From the NCBI GenBank assembly GCA_001724265.1, contig MEDY01000133.1:1-64000 (forward strand): a stretch of 64,000 bases of DNA. Direction: 5' to 3'. Each line of letters begins with the position of its first letter. The stretch's first letter is position 1. Below the pieces are notes generated by a model that saw only the letters and a program-made list of their open reading frames with translations, was not told the origin of the DNA and did not search any database. The position numbers were made by a program, and so were the translations under genes. Below, one piece after another: positions 62,301-64,000 of the stretch. This DNA comes from Rhizaria sp. SCN 62-66. Taxonomy: Eukaryota.

Positions 62301-63336
62301 GCGCTCGCTCGGTTCCCCCAAGACTAGCCAGGCGGGTCTCGCGGGCGCTCACGCCAGCTCCTCCTCTGCTGCTGCTTCTTCTGCGACTTCTTCTGCGGCG
62401 GTGAATAGGCCGGTGCAGCATACGCTCTCTAAGCCGCCTCTGCTCACGGTCTCCACGGTCAGCGGCGGCGATCCTTCCGCAGTCACGGCCGACGACGACC
62501 TCACCGCGAGCGCCGCACCGCAGCAGCCGCAGCAGCAGCAGCACGCAGCCACGTCCGGCTCAGCCGCGGCGAGTGCGCTGCCTATCGTGACTGGACTGGG
62601 GACTCAGGGCCTCGTGTCACCGGCGACGGCGTTAAGCGTGGTGCATCGTCATATGTACCTGTTTTCACCGACTCAGCCGTCGCAGAAACCGCAACAACAG
62701 CAGCAACAGCAGCAGTAGCAGCAGCAGCAGCAGCAGTATAGCGCTGCGGGTGTGTCGTCTTCGTCTCTGTCTCCGCATCCTCGCGCACATTTACACTCGC
62801 ACGCGCACACGCAGAATTCGCACTCGTACTCGCAGCAGCAGTCATACTCGCAGCCGCAGTCGCAGCTTTCGCCGCCGCCGCAGCAGCAGCAGCAGCACGT
62901 GCATGTAAAGCAGTCACAACATCAACAACACCATGTATATTCTCACTCGCAATACCTACACCCTCAGTATCCACACCCTTACACTCATCCCGGCCAACGG
63001 CAACAACAGCAGCAACCGCAGCAAGCGCAAGCGCAGCAGCAGTCGCAACAACAGTACCACGGGCACGGGCAGCAAGGGCAGGGACAAGGGCAAGGACAAG
63101 GGCATGGACTGCACCAACAACACCAGCGTGCCGTCAACTATAGCAGCAATCCGAGCAACATGAGTGCTCTGGGTGGTGCAAGTGGTTTGGCTGGTCGGCG
63201 TCCCTATAATAACAGCAACAACAACAATTCTAGTCAGCAACAACAGCATGCAGCTTCAACGAAGGCTGTGGCTGCTCTCTCAACGACGACGGCGACGTCG
63301 ACGACAGCAACGCCCTCTAAACAAACCCAACAGTAA
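52563..63336 (+). CDS. Unkempt-like multi-CCCH zinc-finger RNA-binding protein (~3467 aa, 3 exons, 2 in-frame TAG)
   Basis: Exons 52563-53692, 53922-54078 and 54220-63336. Repeated Unkempt-type motifs Y.(F/Y)(R/K/Q)TR.C, H...RR.P, C..(A/S)H...E..YHP..(Y/F)K(T/S)..C, C..AH....LR. Q/H/A-rich spacers. In-frame TAG at 52626-52628 and 62716-62718; TAA at 63334-63336. Confidence 0.83.
52995..53083 (+). repeat. (GCT)n trinucleotide repeat encoding poly-Ala
   Basis: Long GCT run in exon 1 of the CCCH gene. Confidence 0.9.
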
Positions 63337-64000
63337 CAGCAACGACAGGCACCGCAATAGCACATACAGACACATAAACAGTTCCGGCGAACTGAATTGT
63401 GTTACTATTTATTGCGTGTCTATTTATTCCACGTTTCCCCCCTTCTTAGTTGTTTGCTTGGATGGTGTGATCCCGCTGTGTCTTTCGTGCTTTTGTACAA
63501 AAATAACGTCTTTTGTTTGCGTAACAAGACTGGTTTTTTTGTTCTTTGGTCGTAAAATCACGATTTTTGATTGATTCAAAATTCATTTTTCTTTTCTCTT
63601 TTCTTTTCGTCTACCTTCGCTACCCCATATGTGTTTTATGTCTGCAGTGCAGCTGTATAATGCTTATCACTACCCTTGTCGACGTATCACGCGTACAATA
63701 TGTTCCGTTTTAACTTTTATTTTTGAATGCAAACGTGCTTAGTATCACATAACCTTAATCGTAACTATAACTCAAGATTTACTCACACACAGTGCTTGAC
63801 ATATCCTGCGTATTACTGCTTAACACACAAGAACAGTCTCACGTGTGTATGTAAATCCAATTTTCTTTTCCTTTCCCCCCTCTCGCCCTCTGTTTTTTGG
63901 TTTGTCCTCACATCTTATACTCTTCGTGTTTTTTTTCTTGTCATAATATTTTTTCACGACAATTTACCACTTTCTTTTTGTTTCTTCATATGCCTCTATT

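Noticed and set aside
8011-62718. A-to-I editing of UAG to Trp, as in fungal sexual-stage editing
   Set aside because: Sites lie mostly in Gln-rich or disordered linkers rather than conserved Trp positions. This is disfavoured but only excluded by RNA data.
5494-63336. Interpreting the TAG-containing genes as pseudogenes
   Set aside because: All nine interruptions are TAG, with no TAA/TGA or frameshifts; catalytic motifs and splice sites are intact. Random decay would not be this selective.
638-63574. Numerous antisense and alternative-frame ORFs in the ORF track (poly-Leu, poly-Cys, poly-Arg)
   Set aside because: They are shadows of trinucleotide-rich, GC-rich coding sequence on the other strand or frame, with no domain evidence.

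Overview
Gene-dense, GC-rich eukaryotic (protist-like) nuclear DNA. It holds 15 protein-coding genes that I could reconstruct by hand, with 26 GT-AG introns of about 115-340 nt and a strong GTACGT donor consensus. In order: 3' end of RPL11; a low-complexity protein ending CFSCFC; an NDP kinase with a signal peptide; the first of two paralogous helical-N-terminus (MLKL-like) + kinase + Sel1-repeat genes; a giant XPF/ERCC4; RNPS1; an MRG-domain protein; the second kinase-Sel1 paralog; PINX1/Pxr1-like G-patch protein; LYR protein; Sec14/CRAL-TRIO protein; EF-hand protein; cytoplasmic dynein intermediate chain; THEM4-like thioesterase; and a giant Unkempt-like CCCH protein. The main observation is an apparent variant nuclear genetic code. 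Nine in-frame TAG codons interrupt four otherwise intact genes, one of them inside a CAG/CAA poly-Gln run. No in-frame TAA/TGA or frameshift was found, and all genes end in TAA or TGA. This points to UAG being a sense codon, most likely Gln, while UAA remains a stop. Also notable: short DNA motifs (GCTCACGGTCAC; CTAAGTACCCCCTTAG) recur inside unrelated coding sequences in several frames and both orientations, and conserved proteins are strongly inflated by low-complexity inserts. The organism cannot be identified from this window alone.
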